From the NCBI GenBank assembly GCA_964567555.1, contig CAZMNA010000001.1:24911-88910 (forward strand): 64,000 nt of DNA, read 5' to 3'. The notes below the pieces were generated by a model that was not told where the DNA came from, did no database searches, and saw only the letters and a list, made by a program, of their open reading frames with translations. The first letter of the stretch is position 1, and every line of letters begins with the position of its first letter. The DNA is from an uncultured Candidatus Saccharibacteria bacterium (GTDB lineage: Bacteria > Patescibacteriota > Saccharimonadia > Saccharimonadales > UBA10212). The translations under genes and the position numbers were made by a program. This document shows positions 34,057-44,044 of the stretch, piece after piece.

Positions 34057-35326
34057 CACTCGGTAGTGGATACTGCAGGCAGAATTCTTTGACCTGCGCA
34101 TGCAGCCGGTTCAATTTTTTGTCGTCGCGCCGATTTTTGATAGCTTGTTGCATCCACTCGGCAATCAAGGCCATATCTTTTTCCTTCAGGCCGCGGGTCG
34201 TCATAGCCGGTGTACCCAAGCGGATACCGCTGGGCCTAAACGGCGGCAGAGTGTCCTCTGGGATAGAATTTTTATTGAGGCTAAGCCCTACCGCATCCAG
34301 CGCTACTTCGGCTTCTTTGCCGTCAATGTCAAAGCTGGTTTTAACGTCCGCCAAAATCAGGTGGTTGTCCGTGCCGTTGGTCACAAGCTTGAAACCGCGC
34401 TGCATAAGCTCATCGGCTAAAACCTTAGCGTTGGCTAAAATCTGCTTGGCATAGGTTTTAAACTCCGGCTTCATTGCCTCGCCGAAGGCAACCGCCTTGG
34501 CGGCAGTGTTATTCATGTGCGGCCCGCCCTGAAAGCCTGGGAAGACTTCGCGGTCAATTAAGGTTGGCAAATTATCCAGCGTCTTTTCAACTTGTTTTAG
34601 CGGGTTGCCGACTGTGCCTTTGGTTAAAATCATGCCGCCACGTGGACCGCGCAGAGTTTTATGCGTAGTGGTCGTGATGACATGAAAGCCAAAGTCAAAT
34701 GGGTTGGGCAAAGCGCCACCGGCAATCAGGCCAGCAATATGGGCCATGTCTGCCATAAGCATTGCGCCGACTTCTTTGCCAATCTCCGCAAATTTAGCGT
34801 AGTTTAAGTTGCGCGGATAACCACTAAACCCGGCTAAAATAATTTTGGGCTTTTCCTTTAGGGCAACTTGGCGCATTTGCTCATAGTCAATCTCGCCGGT
34901 TTCCGGGTCTTTCATGCCGTAACGCACAAAATTATATAGCTTGGCCATGGTGGTGACCGGGTGGCCATGAGTTAAGTGGCCGCCGTGATCCAGCTTCATG
35001 CCCAGCACCGTATCGCCCGGCTCTAGCCACGCAAAGTAAACAGCCACATTGGCCGGCGCACCCGAATGCGGCTGAACGTTGGCGTGATCGGCCTTAAATA
35101 ATTTTTTGGCGCGGTCTATGGCCAGCTGTTCTACCTTGTCTGTAAAATCCTGGCCGCCGTAATACCGCCGGCCTGGGTAGCCTTCCGAGTATTTGTTGGT
35201 AAAGACGCTACCCAGAGCATCAAGTACATCTTTACTGACATAGTTTTCGGAAGGGATTAGTTCCAGCCCCTCCCGCTGCCTCTTGTTTTCAGCATCTATT
35301 AATGCCGCTACTTGCTTGTCATCCAT
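34046..35326 (-). CDS. glyA: serine hydroxymethyltransferase
   Basis: ELIPSENY, PLP-lysine context TTTTHKTLRGPRGG. Confidence 0.95.
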   Translation of the reverse strand: MDDKQVAALIDAENKRQREGLELIPSENYVSKDVLDALGSVFTNKYSEGYPGRRYYGGQDFTDKVEQLAIDRAKKLFKADHANVQPHSGAPANVAVYFAWLEPGDTVLGMKLDHGGHLTHGHPVTTMAKLYNFVRYGMKDPETGEIDYEQMRQVALKEKPKIILAGFSGYPRNLNYAKFAEIGKEVGAMLMADMAHIAGLIAGGALPNPFDFGFHVITTTTHKTLRGPRGGMILTKGTVGNPLKQVEKTLDNLPTLIDREVFPGFQGGPHMNNTAAKAVAFGEAMKPEFKTYAKQILANAKVLADELMQRGFKLVTNGTDNHLILADVKTSFDIDGKEAEVALDAVGLSLNKNSIPEDTLPPFRPSGIRLGTPAMTTRGLKEKDMALIAEWMQQAIKNRRDDKKLNRLHAQVKEFCLQYPLPSDEK

Positions 35327-35522
35327 CTTTTGAAACTCCTCTTTTATTTAATCCTTATTTAGGGCGGTTAAAGAGGGAGCTATAACATGCTTTTATTCTA
35401 GCAGATAGCGGTTGGCAGTTAGCTAATAGCTATCGGCTAATTGCTAACAGCCCTGTAACATATCACCAACCAGGAAAAACCATCTGGAAAATGTTTACCA
35501 TATATGGTATTATCTCTGGTAA

Positions 35523-37049
35523 ATGCCGAATACAAATGCTCAGATTGGCCATCTTATTGCTCAGATAAGACAAGAACGCGGCCTTACCCAAGCTGAATTT
35601 GCCCGCCGGCTGGCCACCAGCCAATCCGCTGTTAACCGCATTGAGCGCGGTAGGCAAAACTTGACTCTAGATACGCTTGGCCACATTAGTCAGGTCTTAA
35701 ATAAGCAAATTATTTCGGTTGGCGGTGGCGCAGTAAATCTGCGTATTGAAGGCGGCCGGCCGCTTTCCGGTGAAATTGAAGTCAAGACTTCCAAGAACGC
35801 CGCCGTGGCGATTTTATGCGCTAGTTTGCTCAACAAAGGTACGACCCGCCTGCAAAAAGTTGCCCGCATAGAAGAGGTCAACCGCATCATTGAAGTCCTT
35901 ACCTCCATGGGCGTAAGCGTCCGCTGGCTGCCCGGGAGCGATCTAGAGATTAAACCGCCCGCCAAACTAGACATTGGCAATCTTAATAAAGAATCAGCCC
36001 GCAAAACCCGTACCGTCATCATGCTAGCCGGACCGCTGATGCATGAATTTGGTAGTTTTCATATTCCTTACGCTGGCGGCTGCGAACTTGGCAAACGTAC
36101 GGTTCTGCCGCACATCTACGCGCTGGAGAATTTTGGCACCAACATTGAAGCCCACAGCGGTGCATACCAAATTAGCGTCCACAAAAAACAGCCCGCCCAG
36201 CCGGTGGTTTTATACGAAGCCAGCGATACAGCCACCGAAAATGCGCTGATGGCTGCTGCGCGCTTTGAGGGCGAAACCGTTATAAAAATGGCCAGCGCCA
36301 ACTACATGGTGCAGGACCTTTGCTTTTATTTGACTAAGCTCGGCGTCAAAATTGACGGCATTGGTACCCAGACTCTGCGCGTACGTGGTGTCAAAAATAT
36401 TAAAAAGAACGTCACTTACAGCCCGAGTGAAGACCCGGTGGAGGCGATGACTTTTATCTCTGCCGCCGTAGCCACAAACTCGTCCATTACTGTTAGGCGC
36501 GTGCCGGTTGATTTCATGGAGCTGGAACTACTCAAACTAGAAAAGATGGGTCTAAAATTTACTCTATCTAAAACCTACAAAGCCGATAACGGCGAGGCTG
36601 ATCTAGCCGATATGAGGATCCAAAAACATAACGGCTCGCTAATCGCGCCTGAAGAAAAATTGCATCCTTTAGCGGGCGGCGTAGGCATCAATATTGATAA
36701 CCTGCCCTACTTTATTCCGATTGCCGCCGTCGCCCGCGGCCGCACCCTTATCCACGACTGGGTTTATGAAGACCGCGCCTTAATGTACACCGAGATGAAA
36801 AAGATTGGCGTTGATATTGAGCTGGCCGATCCGCACCGCGTTTTTATTAACGGCCCGACCCACTGGCGCGAGGCTGAAATTGTGGCGCCATCCGGTATCC
36901 GCCCAGCCGTGATTTTACTGATTGGCATGCTGGCCGCTGACGGCGTGTCCATGTTGCGCAATATTTATACAATCAATCGCGGTTACGAAGATTTGGCCGA
37001 ACGTCTAAACCAGCTTGGCGCCAAAATTACCGTCGTGCACGAAGCCTAA
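35523..37049 (+). CDS. murA: UDP-N-acetylglucosamine 1-carboxyvinyltransferase with N-terminal XRE-type HTH domain (fusion)
   Basis: Residues about 1-65, IRQERGLTQAEFARRLATSQSAVNRIERG, form an HTH. The MurA body follows: LRIEGGRPLSGEIEVKTSKNAAVAIL and the catalytic-Cys loop YAGGCELGKRTV. Confidence 0.85.
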   Translation: MPNTNAQIGHLIAQIRQERGLTQAEFARRLATSQSAVNRIERGRQNLTLDTLGHISQVLNKQIISVGGGAVNLRIEGGRPLSGEIEVKTSKNAAVAILCASLLNKGTTRLQKVARIEEVNRIIEVLTSMGVSVRWLPGSDLEIKPPAKLDIGNLNKESARKTRTVIMLAGPLMHEFGSFHIPYAGGCELGKRTVLPHIYALENFGTNIEAHSGAYQISVHKKQPAQPVVLYEASDTATENALMAAARFEGETVIKMASANYMVQDLCFYLTKLGVKIDGIGTQTLRVRGVKNIKKNVTYSPSEDPVEAMTFISAAVATNSSITVRRVPVDFMELELLKLEKMGLKFTLSKTYKADNGEADLADMRIQKHNGSLIAPEEKLHPLAGGVGINIDNLPYFIPIAAVARGRTLIHDWVYEDRALMYTEMKKIGVDIELADPHRVFINGPTHWREAEIVAPSGIRPAVILLIGMLAADGVSMLRNIYTINRGYEDLAERLNQLGAKITVVHEA

Positions 37050-37396
37050 ATTCCGCTGGCAGACTTACCCGGCTTGACCTTTACGGCTGTGCCGTAAGCT
37101 ACTACCTCGTTCATGACGTTAGCTATATCGCCACTATCAAAGCGCATCATTAGTACTGCATTTGCGCCTTTGGCAGCTGCTTCTGTCCGCAATCTTTCTA
37201 GTGCTTGCTCGCGTGTATCGGCAAGAAGGCGCGTATAGCCCTTGGCTTCTCCCCCAAAGATAGTCCTAAAAGATGCACCTATATTAGAAAAAATGTTGCG
37301 GCTACGCACTATCAGCCCAAACACTTCGCCGTAAACTTCTATCACTTGGTAGCCCGGCATATCATTAGTTGTAACGACCGTTACATTTTGGTCCAT
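37046..37396 (-). CDS. YbjQ/UPF0145 family protein
   Basis: VTTNDMPGYQVIEVYGEVFG..VRSRNIFSNIGASFRTIFGGE is the family pattern. Confidence 0.8.
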   Translation of the reverse strand: MDQNVTVVTTNDMPGYQVIEVYGEVFGLIVRSRNIFSNIGASFRTIFGGEAKGYTRLLADTREQALERLRTEAAAKGANAVLMMRFDSGDIANVMNEVVAYGTAVKVKPGKSASGI

Positions 37397-37441
37397 AATT
37401 CCTCCATTTAAATTTCATTATACTCTGCCAGCGCAGCTAAC

Positions 37442-38032
37442 TTAGTTTTCATTGAAGCGATGCCAGTTAGATTTCAACAGACGGCTTAAGGTTACCAGCA
37501 AATAGATACTTACTGCTGCTACAGCGATTGCGCCGGCCAGATAGCCAATCCCCTGCCTTAGAGCCGAAGCGTTAAGTGCGTGGCCCAGCAGTCTGGATGC
37601 CCAGGGCAAAAGCACCTGGAAGAATAAATATATAAACCCTATCCAGCCCAGCGCCCAACCAGCAGTTAACAAAGTAAAGCTTTTTGCTCCGCCGTTGCTA
37701 GTAGATTGGGCGGGCCGAACATAGCCAGCTAGTTTGGCTTCTTTCCTTGCAGAAGAAAAAGCTTCTTGGATCCAGATGGCCAAAATATAACTGGCGCCGC
37801 CAATTAACATCCAAAACAGCATCAGCACTGGTGCGCCGTACTTGTCCAAAAAATTAAAGATTGGCTTACCGACATTTGAATAGTTTGTGTTGGCCGCAAG
37901 CTGCTGGCCCAAAATGTGAGAGCTAGAAAACTGCCAGACATTGTGCAGGTTAAGCGCAAAAAGCAGTGCCGCAGCCAAGACTATATAAAAAAGCGTGGTG
38001 ACTGTCTTTTGGCTAAAACTACTTTTTTGCAT
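37442..38032 (-). CDS. hypothetical integral membrane protein
   Basis: Four or five predicted hydrophobic helices. No motif recognised. Confidence 0.6.
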   Translation of the reverse strand: MQKSSFSQKTVTTLFYIVLAAALLFALNLHNVWQFSSSHILGQQLAANTNYSNVGKPIFNFLDKYGAPVLMLFWMLIGGASYILAIWIQEAFSSARKEAKLAGYVRPAQSTSNGGAKSFTLLTAGWALGWIGFIYLFFQVLLPWASRLLGHALNASALRQGIGYLAGAIAVAAVSIYLLVTLSRLLKSNWHRFNEN

Positions 38033-38234
38033 AGTACTTATGTTAAGTATATTAAACCAGAGTTTAAAAAATGGTACCCCCGAATTAAATCATGACAAAT
38101 TTATTAGACTCGTTCTCGCGGCTGCTCGGCCTATCGGCCAATTAGAACGTGGCTGTTTTGGTGCTGTAGCCAAATCATAATAGTAAGGGCGGCAATAATA
38201 ATTGCTAGCAGCGCAATTGTTTTGTGCCACTCTT

Positions 38235-38837
38235 TCATGGCAACCTCCTGGCAACCAAACTGGCGGTAACCACTAGGCGATCTTTGGCGCTCCACAGGGG
38301 TGTGCAGGTGTAGATAGTCAGTTGAGGTTGGGGAGTCGGGTTGTTAACCGATACCTCTGTGGGTGGCACTACTTTACTACCAAATACTTTGTAGGTGTAC
38401 TCGACGCCGTTCCAGTCAATAGTAATACGGTCGTTGGCTTGAAGTTGGTCAAGGTGGTAAAAGGGACCATATGGGCCAAAGAAACCAAAACGATGACCGG
38501 CGATAACCATGTTGCTGCCTTTATCTGGGGTACTCGTACCCCAAACGTGCCATGGACCTTGATCAACTTCGGAAACGGACGGACCAGTGAGGATTTTTCG
38601 GTGTAGTTCCATGCGCGGAATGTCTAACCAATAGCCACCGGGGATTAGGTTGGTGCTAGGGGCTGTTCCTTTGACTACTTGTACAACAGTGGGGTTCGGG
38701 TGGCGGGAAAAATGGCCAGCCCACCACCATACGGCCGGCCAAAAGGGCGACAGGATCAGGTATAACCCCAGGCTAGCTGCCACGATGGCCAGACCATTGT
38801 TGAGGCGATGTAGCTGCTGGACATTTACTTTAATCAT
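38235..38837 (-). CDS. sortase family transpeptidase
   Basis: TM anchor, VIAGHR catalytic His context, LTIYTCTP Cys motif. Divergent from a large surface-protein gene. Confidence 0.8.
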   Translation of the reverse strand: MIKVNVQQLHRLNNGLAIVAASLGLYLILSPFWPAVWWWAGHFSRHPNPTVVQVVKGTAPSTNLIPGGYWLDIPRMELHRKILTGPSVSEVDQGPWHVWGTSTPDKGSNMVIAGHRFGFFGPYGPFYHLDQLQANDRITIDWNGVEYTYKVFGSKVVPPTEVSVNNPTPQPQLTIYTCTPLWSAKDRLVVTASLVARRLP

Positions 38838-38965
38838 TTTGACTCAAACACTATTATAGACAACAACGCATCGGTTGGATCTCTAAAGTGCTAATGCTAT
38901 AAAACTTACTTGCGTTTTTAGCAAAATCTCAATATAATCCAGAACATCTTGAGGAGCGAGGTGCT

Positions 38966-41900
38966 ATGAAGCTTTTGAGCAAATTCCGCGGTTTACGCAA
39001 ATCGGTATTTTTATTTTTGGCATCAGTCCTAGTGCTAAGCACGATTGCGCCTCTCACTAAAGTTTTTGCCGATGCCGCCGACCCGATTCCCGCTGCCACG
39101 ACTGGTAGTTTTGTCGTTAATCATAACGGTACGATAACCGCAACTGTCCAAGGCGGCTGGCAATGGACTACACATCACACTGACTGTAATACCAACAGAT
39201 ACGCGGTTGGCTACGCAGTTGATTGGCACGATACAACTCAACCTGGCAACCTGGTTCAGAACGGCTCAATAACCGCGCACGTCGGCACACCAACCGATAA
39301 TCATGTCCACTATATACACCTCCTTACAGACGCTAATCCGACTGGCGACCCCACCGGCCCCACTCGCTGCGGTACTTATGCCCAGCATGGCGTTGATTCC
39401 CACGGTCACCCGATTTTCTATAATACCGGTAATTGGGGTCCGATTTCCCACACCTACCCGGCCGACACCAAAACTATACTGGCTTGCGTCGTCACTTACG
39501 ATATGCACCTTGTCAATAACAATAATCCAAACAGCGGCTTAAAGGCAGGAGACAAAATCGCAGGCGGCGACTTTCACAACGAAGACAACTCAATCGAGAA
39601 AAACGGCAACACCCCCCAAGGTAACGGCTGTTTCTCCGCCAATGTCCAAAACCTAATCGTCGTCAAGCACGTCATCAACGATAATGGCGGCACCAAAACG
39701 GCTAGTGATTTTGCTATGCACGTTAACGCGGTTGCTCCTTCCCAAACCGATTTTCCCGGCAGTGAGACTGGCACCACCGTTCAGGTCGGTGTTGGCAGTT
39801 ATAGTGTCAACGAAGGCTCTCACACTGGCTACACCGAAACACTTAGCTCTGGTTGCGCTGGCTCAATCACCGCCGGCCAAACCAAGATATGTACCATTAC
39901 TAACAACGATAACGCACCAAGTCTGACGCTTAATAAGATTGTCAGTAACACACATGGTGGTACAGCCCATGAAAGCGCTTGGACAATTAGTGCCACCGGG
40001 CCAACAAGTATCTCCGGCCCAGGTGCCGCCGGCTCTAACGATGTAGTCAGCGGCTCTGATTTCAAGGCCGGTACTTATACCCTGAGCGAAAGTGCTGGCC
40101 CCAGCGGCTATTCAGCCAGTGCCTGGAGCTGCACTAACAATGTAGCCGTTAACGGCCAACGCCAAATCACTTTGGCTAACGGCCAAAGCACAGTTTGTAC
40201 TATTACCAACAGTGATGTAGCGTCAACGCTGACTCTCGTTAAAACCGTTATCAACAATAATGGCGGCACCAAAATAGCTAGTGATTTCCAGGGAAAGATT
40301 GACGGCAACAACGTTGCCTGGTCAACCGCAGTTCCACTAAGTGCTGGCGCCCATACTGCCAGCGAGCTCGGACTACCTACTTATGCGGCCAGTTCTTGGG
40401 GTGGTGACTGTGCCACCAACGGCAGTATTACTCTAGCCAATGGGCAGAATGCTACCTGTACTATCACCAATGACGATATTGCCCCAAGCCTGACGCTTGA
40501 CAAAATCGTCAGCAATACTCACGGCGGCAATGCTCCTGAGAGCGCATGGACGCTGCATGCTGACGGAGCCAGTCAACAAAATCCTACTCATCTATTCGGA
40601 CCGGGCGCAGCTGGTAATACTGACGTAGTTAGCGATTCTCACTTTAAAGCCGATACCTACACTCTTTCTGAAACTGGTGGCCCCAGCGGCTATTCAGCCA
40701 GTGCCTGGAGCTGCACTAACAATGTAGCCGTTAACGGCCAACGCCAAATCACTTTGGCTAACGGCCAAAGCACAGTTTGTACTATTACCAACAGTGATAT
40801 TGCGCCCTCCCTAACCGTTACTAAGTTGGTGATCAATCCTTACGGTACGCCTGCGCCGGTCTCATCCTTCCCTCTGTTCGTTACCGGCAATAGCGGTATT
40901 ACGCAAGTGACTAGCGGGCAGAGTAATCAATTTAGTGCCGGCAATTACACTGTCAGCGAGACTCAACAGAATGGATACCAACTCACCAGTGGTGTTTGCG
41001 ACGGCCAGAATAGCCTGTCCCTCACACTGAATGTTGGTGATAATAAATCCTGCACTCTGACTAACACCGCTATCCAGCCCAAGCTAATCGTCATCAAGCA
41101 CGTTATCAATGACAATAGCGGCGGTAAATCAGCTAGCGACTTTATTATGACCGTTACCGGTAACTCCCAAACTGTCACGCCATTTTCGGGTAGCGAAAGT
41201 CCTGGTACCACGATTGGTTTGAACGAAGGTAATTACACTGTAGACGAGCAGTCGCATGTTGGCTACACAGAGACCAAGAGCGCTGACTGTAGCGGCACGA
41301 TATCCATCGGCGAAACCAAGACCTGCACTATAACTAATAATGACATTCCAAATCCTGGCATACACATTGTTAAAAGCGGCCCCGCCGTTGCTCACGAAGG
41401 TGACTTGGTAACCTACACCTATGCAGTTACCAACACTGGTGATACTGACCTTAGCAACGTTACGGTTGATGATAACATTGCCGGCCAGGCTGTCTACCAG
41501 TCCGGCGATACCAATAACGACCACATACTTCCGAAGACCAAGACCGAGACTTGGATATTCACCAAAACCTACACCGTTCCAACGCCTCAAGTTCCTGATG
41601 TCGTAAACATTGGGACGGCTTGCGGCGACTACAGTGATGGCACAACATCTGGAAATATATGCAGCCACGATACCCACACTTTGGATGTTATACACCCGGC
41701 TATCCAAGTCAAAAAGTTTGGTCCATCAACTGCTTTTGCCGGCGATACCGTAACCTACGAGTTTGATGTCACCAACGCTGGTGATACGCCCTTGAGCGGC
41801 CTAACTGTCAACGACAACGTAGCCGGCATAGGCAACTTCCAATCCGGAGATGCAAATAGTAATGGTAGATTGGATCTCAGCGAAACCTGGGTCTACACCA

Positions 41901-42514
41901 AGCAATTCACTATTCCTTCAAACCAAACTAGCGATATCACCAATACCGTCACAGCCTGTGGTAGTGATAGCTTACAGCTTCAGGTCTGCAATACGGATGA
42001 TCACACAACCACCGTTCTGAATCCTGGCATCCACGTCGTTAAATCCGGTCCAGCTACCGCCGAGCCCGGCCAAACCGTGACCTATACCTTTACAGTAACC
42101 AACACAGGGAACACGCCACTTAGCATAACTAAAGTCAATGACAATGTGGCTGGAGACGGAGTTTATGTATCGGGTGACACCCATGACCTTGGCTTCTTGG
42201 ACACCGACGAAACCTGGATTTACACCGCTAGCTACACCATCCCGGCTAACCAGAACGTCAGTGTGACAAATACAGTTACAGCCTGCGGTCTTTCTGGTAA
42301 CCCACTGAACGGCAACATCGCCCTGGTCATAACCGGTCACCAAGTCTGCGACCAAGATAGCCACACCACCAACATCCCTCAGGTTTTGGGTACTTCAACT
42401 AGCACACCACAACTGGTAAACACTGGTCAGGATGCCTTGCTGGGTATCTTCGCCGGTTTAGCCATAATCGGCCTAGTCACTACCGTCTATCGCCTGCCCA
42501 TCAAAAAACGGTAA
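38966..42514 (+). CDS. large cell-surface protein (prealbumin/SpaA-like and DUF11-type repeats) with LVNTG sorting-signal variant
   Basis: Signal peptide. Repeated ...CTITN(N/S/D)D(I/N/V)APSLT... modules. Three or four DUF11-like units (VKSGP..GD.VTYT..VTNTGDT.L..V.V.DN). C-terminal QLVNTG plus TM plus KKR. Confidence 0.85.
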   Translation: MKLLSKFRGLRKSVFLFLASVLVLSTIAPLTKVFADAADPIPAATTGSFVVNHNGTITATVQGGWQWTTHHTDCNTNRYAVGYAVDWHDTTQPGNLVQNGSITAHVGTPTDNHVHYIHLLTDANPTGDPTGPTRCGTYAQHGVDSHGHPIFYNTGNWGPISHTYPADTKTILACVVTYDMHLVNNNNPNSGLKAGDKIAGGDFHNEDNSIEKNGNTPQGNGCFSANVQNLIVVKHVINDNGGTKTASDFAMHVNAVAPSQTDFPGSETGTTVQVGVGSYSVNEGSHTGYTETLSSGCAGSITAGQTKICTITNNDNAPSLTLNKIVSNTHGGTAHESAWTISATGPTSISGPGAAGSNDVVSGSDFKAGTYTLSESAGPSGYSASAWSCTNNVAVNGQRQITLANGQSTVCTITNSDVASTLTLVKTVINNNGGTKIASDFQGKIDGNNVAWSTAVPLSAGAHTASELGLPTYAASSWGGDCATNGSITLANGQNATCTITNDDIAPSLTLDKIVSNTHGGNAPESAWTLHADGASQQNPTHLFGPGAAGNTDVVSDSHFKADTYTLSETGGPSGYSASAWSCTNNVAVNGQRQITLANGQSTVCTITNSDIAPSLTVTKLVINPYGTPAPVSSFPLFVTGNSGITQVTSGQSNQFSAGNYTVSETQQNGYQLTSGVCDGQNSLSLTLNVGDNKSCTLTNTAIQPKLIVIKHVINDNSGGKSASDFIMTVTGNSQTVTPFSGSESPGTTIGLNEGNYTVDEQSHVGYTETKSADCSGTISIGETKTCTITNNDIPNPGIHIVKSGPAVAHEGDLVTYTYAVTNTGDTDLSNVTVDDNIAGQAVYQSGDTNNDHILPKTKTETWIFTKTYTVPTPQVPDVVNIGTACGDYSDGTTSGNICSHDTHTLDVIHPAIQVKKFGPSTAFAGDTVTYEFDVTNAGDTPLSGLTVNDNVAGIGNFQSGDANSNGRLDLSETWVYTKQFTIPSNQTSDITNTVTACGSDSLQLQVCNTDDHTTTVLNPGIHVVKSGPATAEPGQTVTYTFTVTNTGNTPLSITKVNDNVAGDGVYVSGDTHDLGFLDTDETWIYTASYTIPANQNVSVTNTVTACGLSGNPLNGNIALVITGHQVCDQDSHTTNIPQVLGTSTSTPQLVNTGQDALLGIFAGLAIIGLVTTVYRLPIKKR
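40096..40216 (+). repeat. intragenic 121-nt perfect direct repeat, copy 1
   Basis: Identical by eye to 40678-40798 (offset 582 nt, in frame). Confidence 0.85.
40678..40798 (+). repeat. intragenic 121-nt perfect direct repeat, copy 2
   Basis: Identical by eye to 40096-40216. Confidence 0.85.
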
Positions 42515-42563
42515 AGCCGCGGGGGGTTTGCCCAGTTCAAATTGGCAATCAAATTAGCCCGGC

Positions 42564-42818
42564 TTAGTGACGAATAGCACTGAGCAGGACGATTAGTACG
42601 GCCAGACCAACAATGGCATACTCCAGCACCATGTCCTTAGATAAATAGTTTTTTCGGCGGTTTAAATAAGTGTTGATTACTACCCCGACCGCCAATATCA
42701 GCGACGCAATTAGGATAGACTTACTGGGCTTGAACTCGGCAATAGCCACCAAGCTGACAATTATGGTTAGGGCGTAAATACCGTAAAACAGCTTTATGAA
42801 ATGCCGCGACCGCCTCAT
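42564..42818 (-). CDS. small membrane protein
   Basis: Three hydrophobic helices. Its start overlaps the stop of the upstream CAP-domain gene. Confidence 0.5.
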   Translation of the reverse strand: MRRSRHFIKLFYGIYALTIIVSLVAIAEFKPSKSILIASLILAVGVVINTYLNRRKNYLSKDMVLEYAIVGLAVLIVLLSAIRH

Positions 42819-43822
42819 TTGGTTACCCCGAAGCCGCTAGTGATAGTAACCAGAGCGACTACTAGCAAGAGACTGGCTTGCATCAGCGGGTGGGCTCTAA
42901 GCCAAATTTGATGCCGGCCGCGTTTCTTCAGCCGCCAGACGACTGTGTGTGCCAATAAACTAGCTAGCATTAGCGAGCTGGCCAGAAAGATTGTGGCTCG
43001 CTGACCCCAGTTAAGTGCACTAATATTGCCTACCATGGTAGCCAAAGATAACCTATCGCCAAGGACTTGGCCAGAAGCTTGACTACCGGCAGCTAGCTGC
43101 TTGGCAGCAGTATTTGATGATTCAACAGCCGGCTTCCTGGTCGGCTGGCTAGTTGGCTTGGTGGGACTAGCGGGCTGATGTGTGGTTGTTGCCGGCGAGG
43201 TCGGGCTTTGGTTTGTGCCGGTGATGCCGGGAGCAGCCTTAACTGGCTGTTTGGCGGCAGTTGCAGGGGCGGCATACATCGCTACCACTAGAGTAGTCTG
43301 CGATCCAAGCAAACTGCCATTCATAACCGCAAAGCCAACGTCTTTATAGGCCGGGTTCAACATATTATCACGGTGTTCGCTACTATCCATCCAGCCGGTG
43401 ATGACACCAGATGATGTCAGGAAATCTTTAGCCAGGTTTTCAGCTGCCGCGGTATAGCTATATCCGGCATTAGTAATAAAAGACCAAGGCTCAACGCCCG
43501 TCGGTGATACGTGGGCCCAGTAGTCATTAGCAAACATATCTTTAGCCTTGTTCTCGGCCGCGGTTGACAGGCGGGAGTTTAAAGACAGAGCCGGCACGCC
43601 GGCTGATTGTCGCTCGACGTTCGTCAAGCTATATATGTTATAGGCGCTAATGTCCGTTGCATAACCCAGTACTTGCGGCTTGTGCGCGGAGGATAGGTTA
43701 TATGCAAGCGGCATTAGAGCCACAACCACCAAAAAAATAGCCAAACCGAGCGGTCTAAGAGCGTAAGGGCGATATTTGTTTTTTTTATGCGGCCAAAGCC
43801 ATTTTTTGATCTTTTTGATCAT
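42815..43822 (-). CDS. CAP/SCP (YkwD-like) domain membrane-associated protein
   Basis: NVERQSAGVPALSLNSRLSTAAENKAKDM..YWAHVSP..ENLAKDF..GWMDSSEHRDNML is the CAP-domain pattern. Pro/Thr-rich linker and C-terminal TMs. Confidence 0.8.
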   Translation of the reverse strand: MIKKIKKWLWPHKKNKYRPYALRPLGLAIFLVVVALMPLAYNLSSAHKPQVLGYATDISAYNIYSLTNVERQSAGVPALSLNSRLSTAAENKAKDMFANDYWAHVSPTGVEPWSFITNAGYSYTAAAENLAKDFLTSSGVITGWMDSSEHRDNMLNPAYKDVGFAVMNGSLLGSQTTLVVAMYAAPATAAKQPVKAAPGITGTNQSPTSPATTTHQPASPTKPTSQPTRKPAVESSNTAAKQLAAGSQASGQVLGDRLSLATMVGNISALNWGQRATIFLASSLMLASLLAHTVVWRLKKRGRHQIWLRAHPLMQASLLLVVALVTITSGFGVTK

Positions 43823-43897
43823 GGTAGTACAGGATAATTATAACTTAGAAACTCTGTCAAGTAGCCTCAAAGCGCTTCCCCGATCTAGCATCATAAA

Positions 43898-43912
43898 TGG
43901 TACCCCGGGCAG
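43898..43912 (-). repeat. 15-nt duplicate of the 3' end of tRNA-Arg(UCU) (att-like remnant)
   Basis: TGGTACCCCGGGCAG is identical to 44045-44059, in the same orientation, 133 nt from the tRNA. Confidence 0.6.
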
Positions 43913-44014
43913 ACTAAAGCACATCTACAGCCGTGCTCTAAGTAAACTTATGCGCGCGGCTTTGATGACCGAACCTTGGCTCGAATCCTGGCGAGAATAT
44001 CTCGCAAAATAAAT

Positions 44015-44041
44015 ACCGCTCATAAAAAGCGGTTTTATTTT
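44015..44041 (+). terminator. intrinsic terminator
   Basis: ACCGCT-cataaaa-AGCGGT followed by TTTTATTTT. Confidence 0.5.
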
Positions 44042-44044
44042 CCG

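Noticed and set aside
39035-42364. Many 60-190-aa antisense or alternate-frame ORFs inside the 1182-aa surface-protein gene (similarly inside pcrA, rny, ftsH, pgk and the GC-rich gene)
   Set aside because: They are shadow ORFs within long, well-supported genes. They have low-complexity translations and no RBS or motifs.
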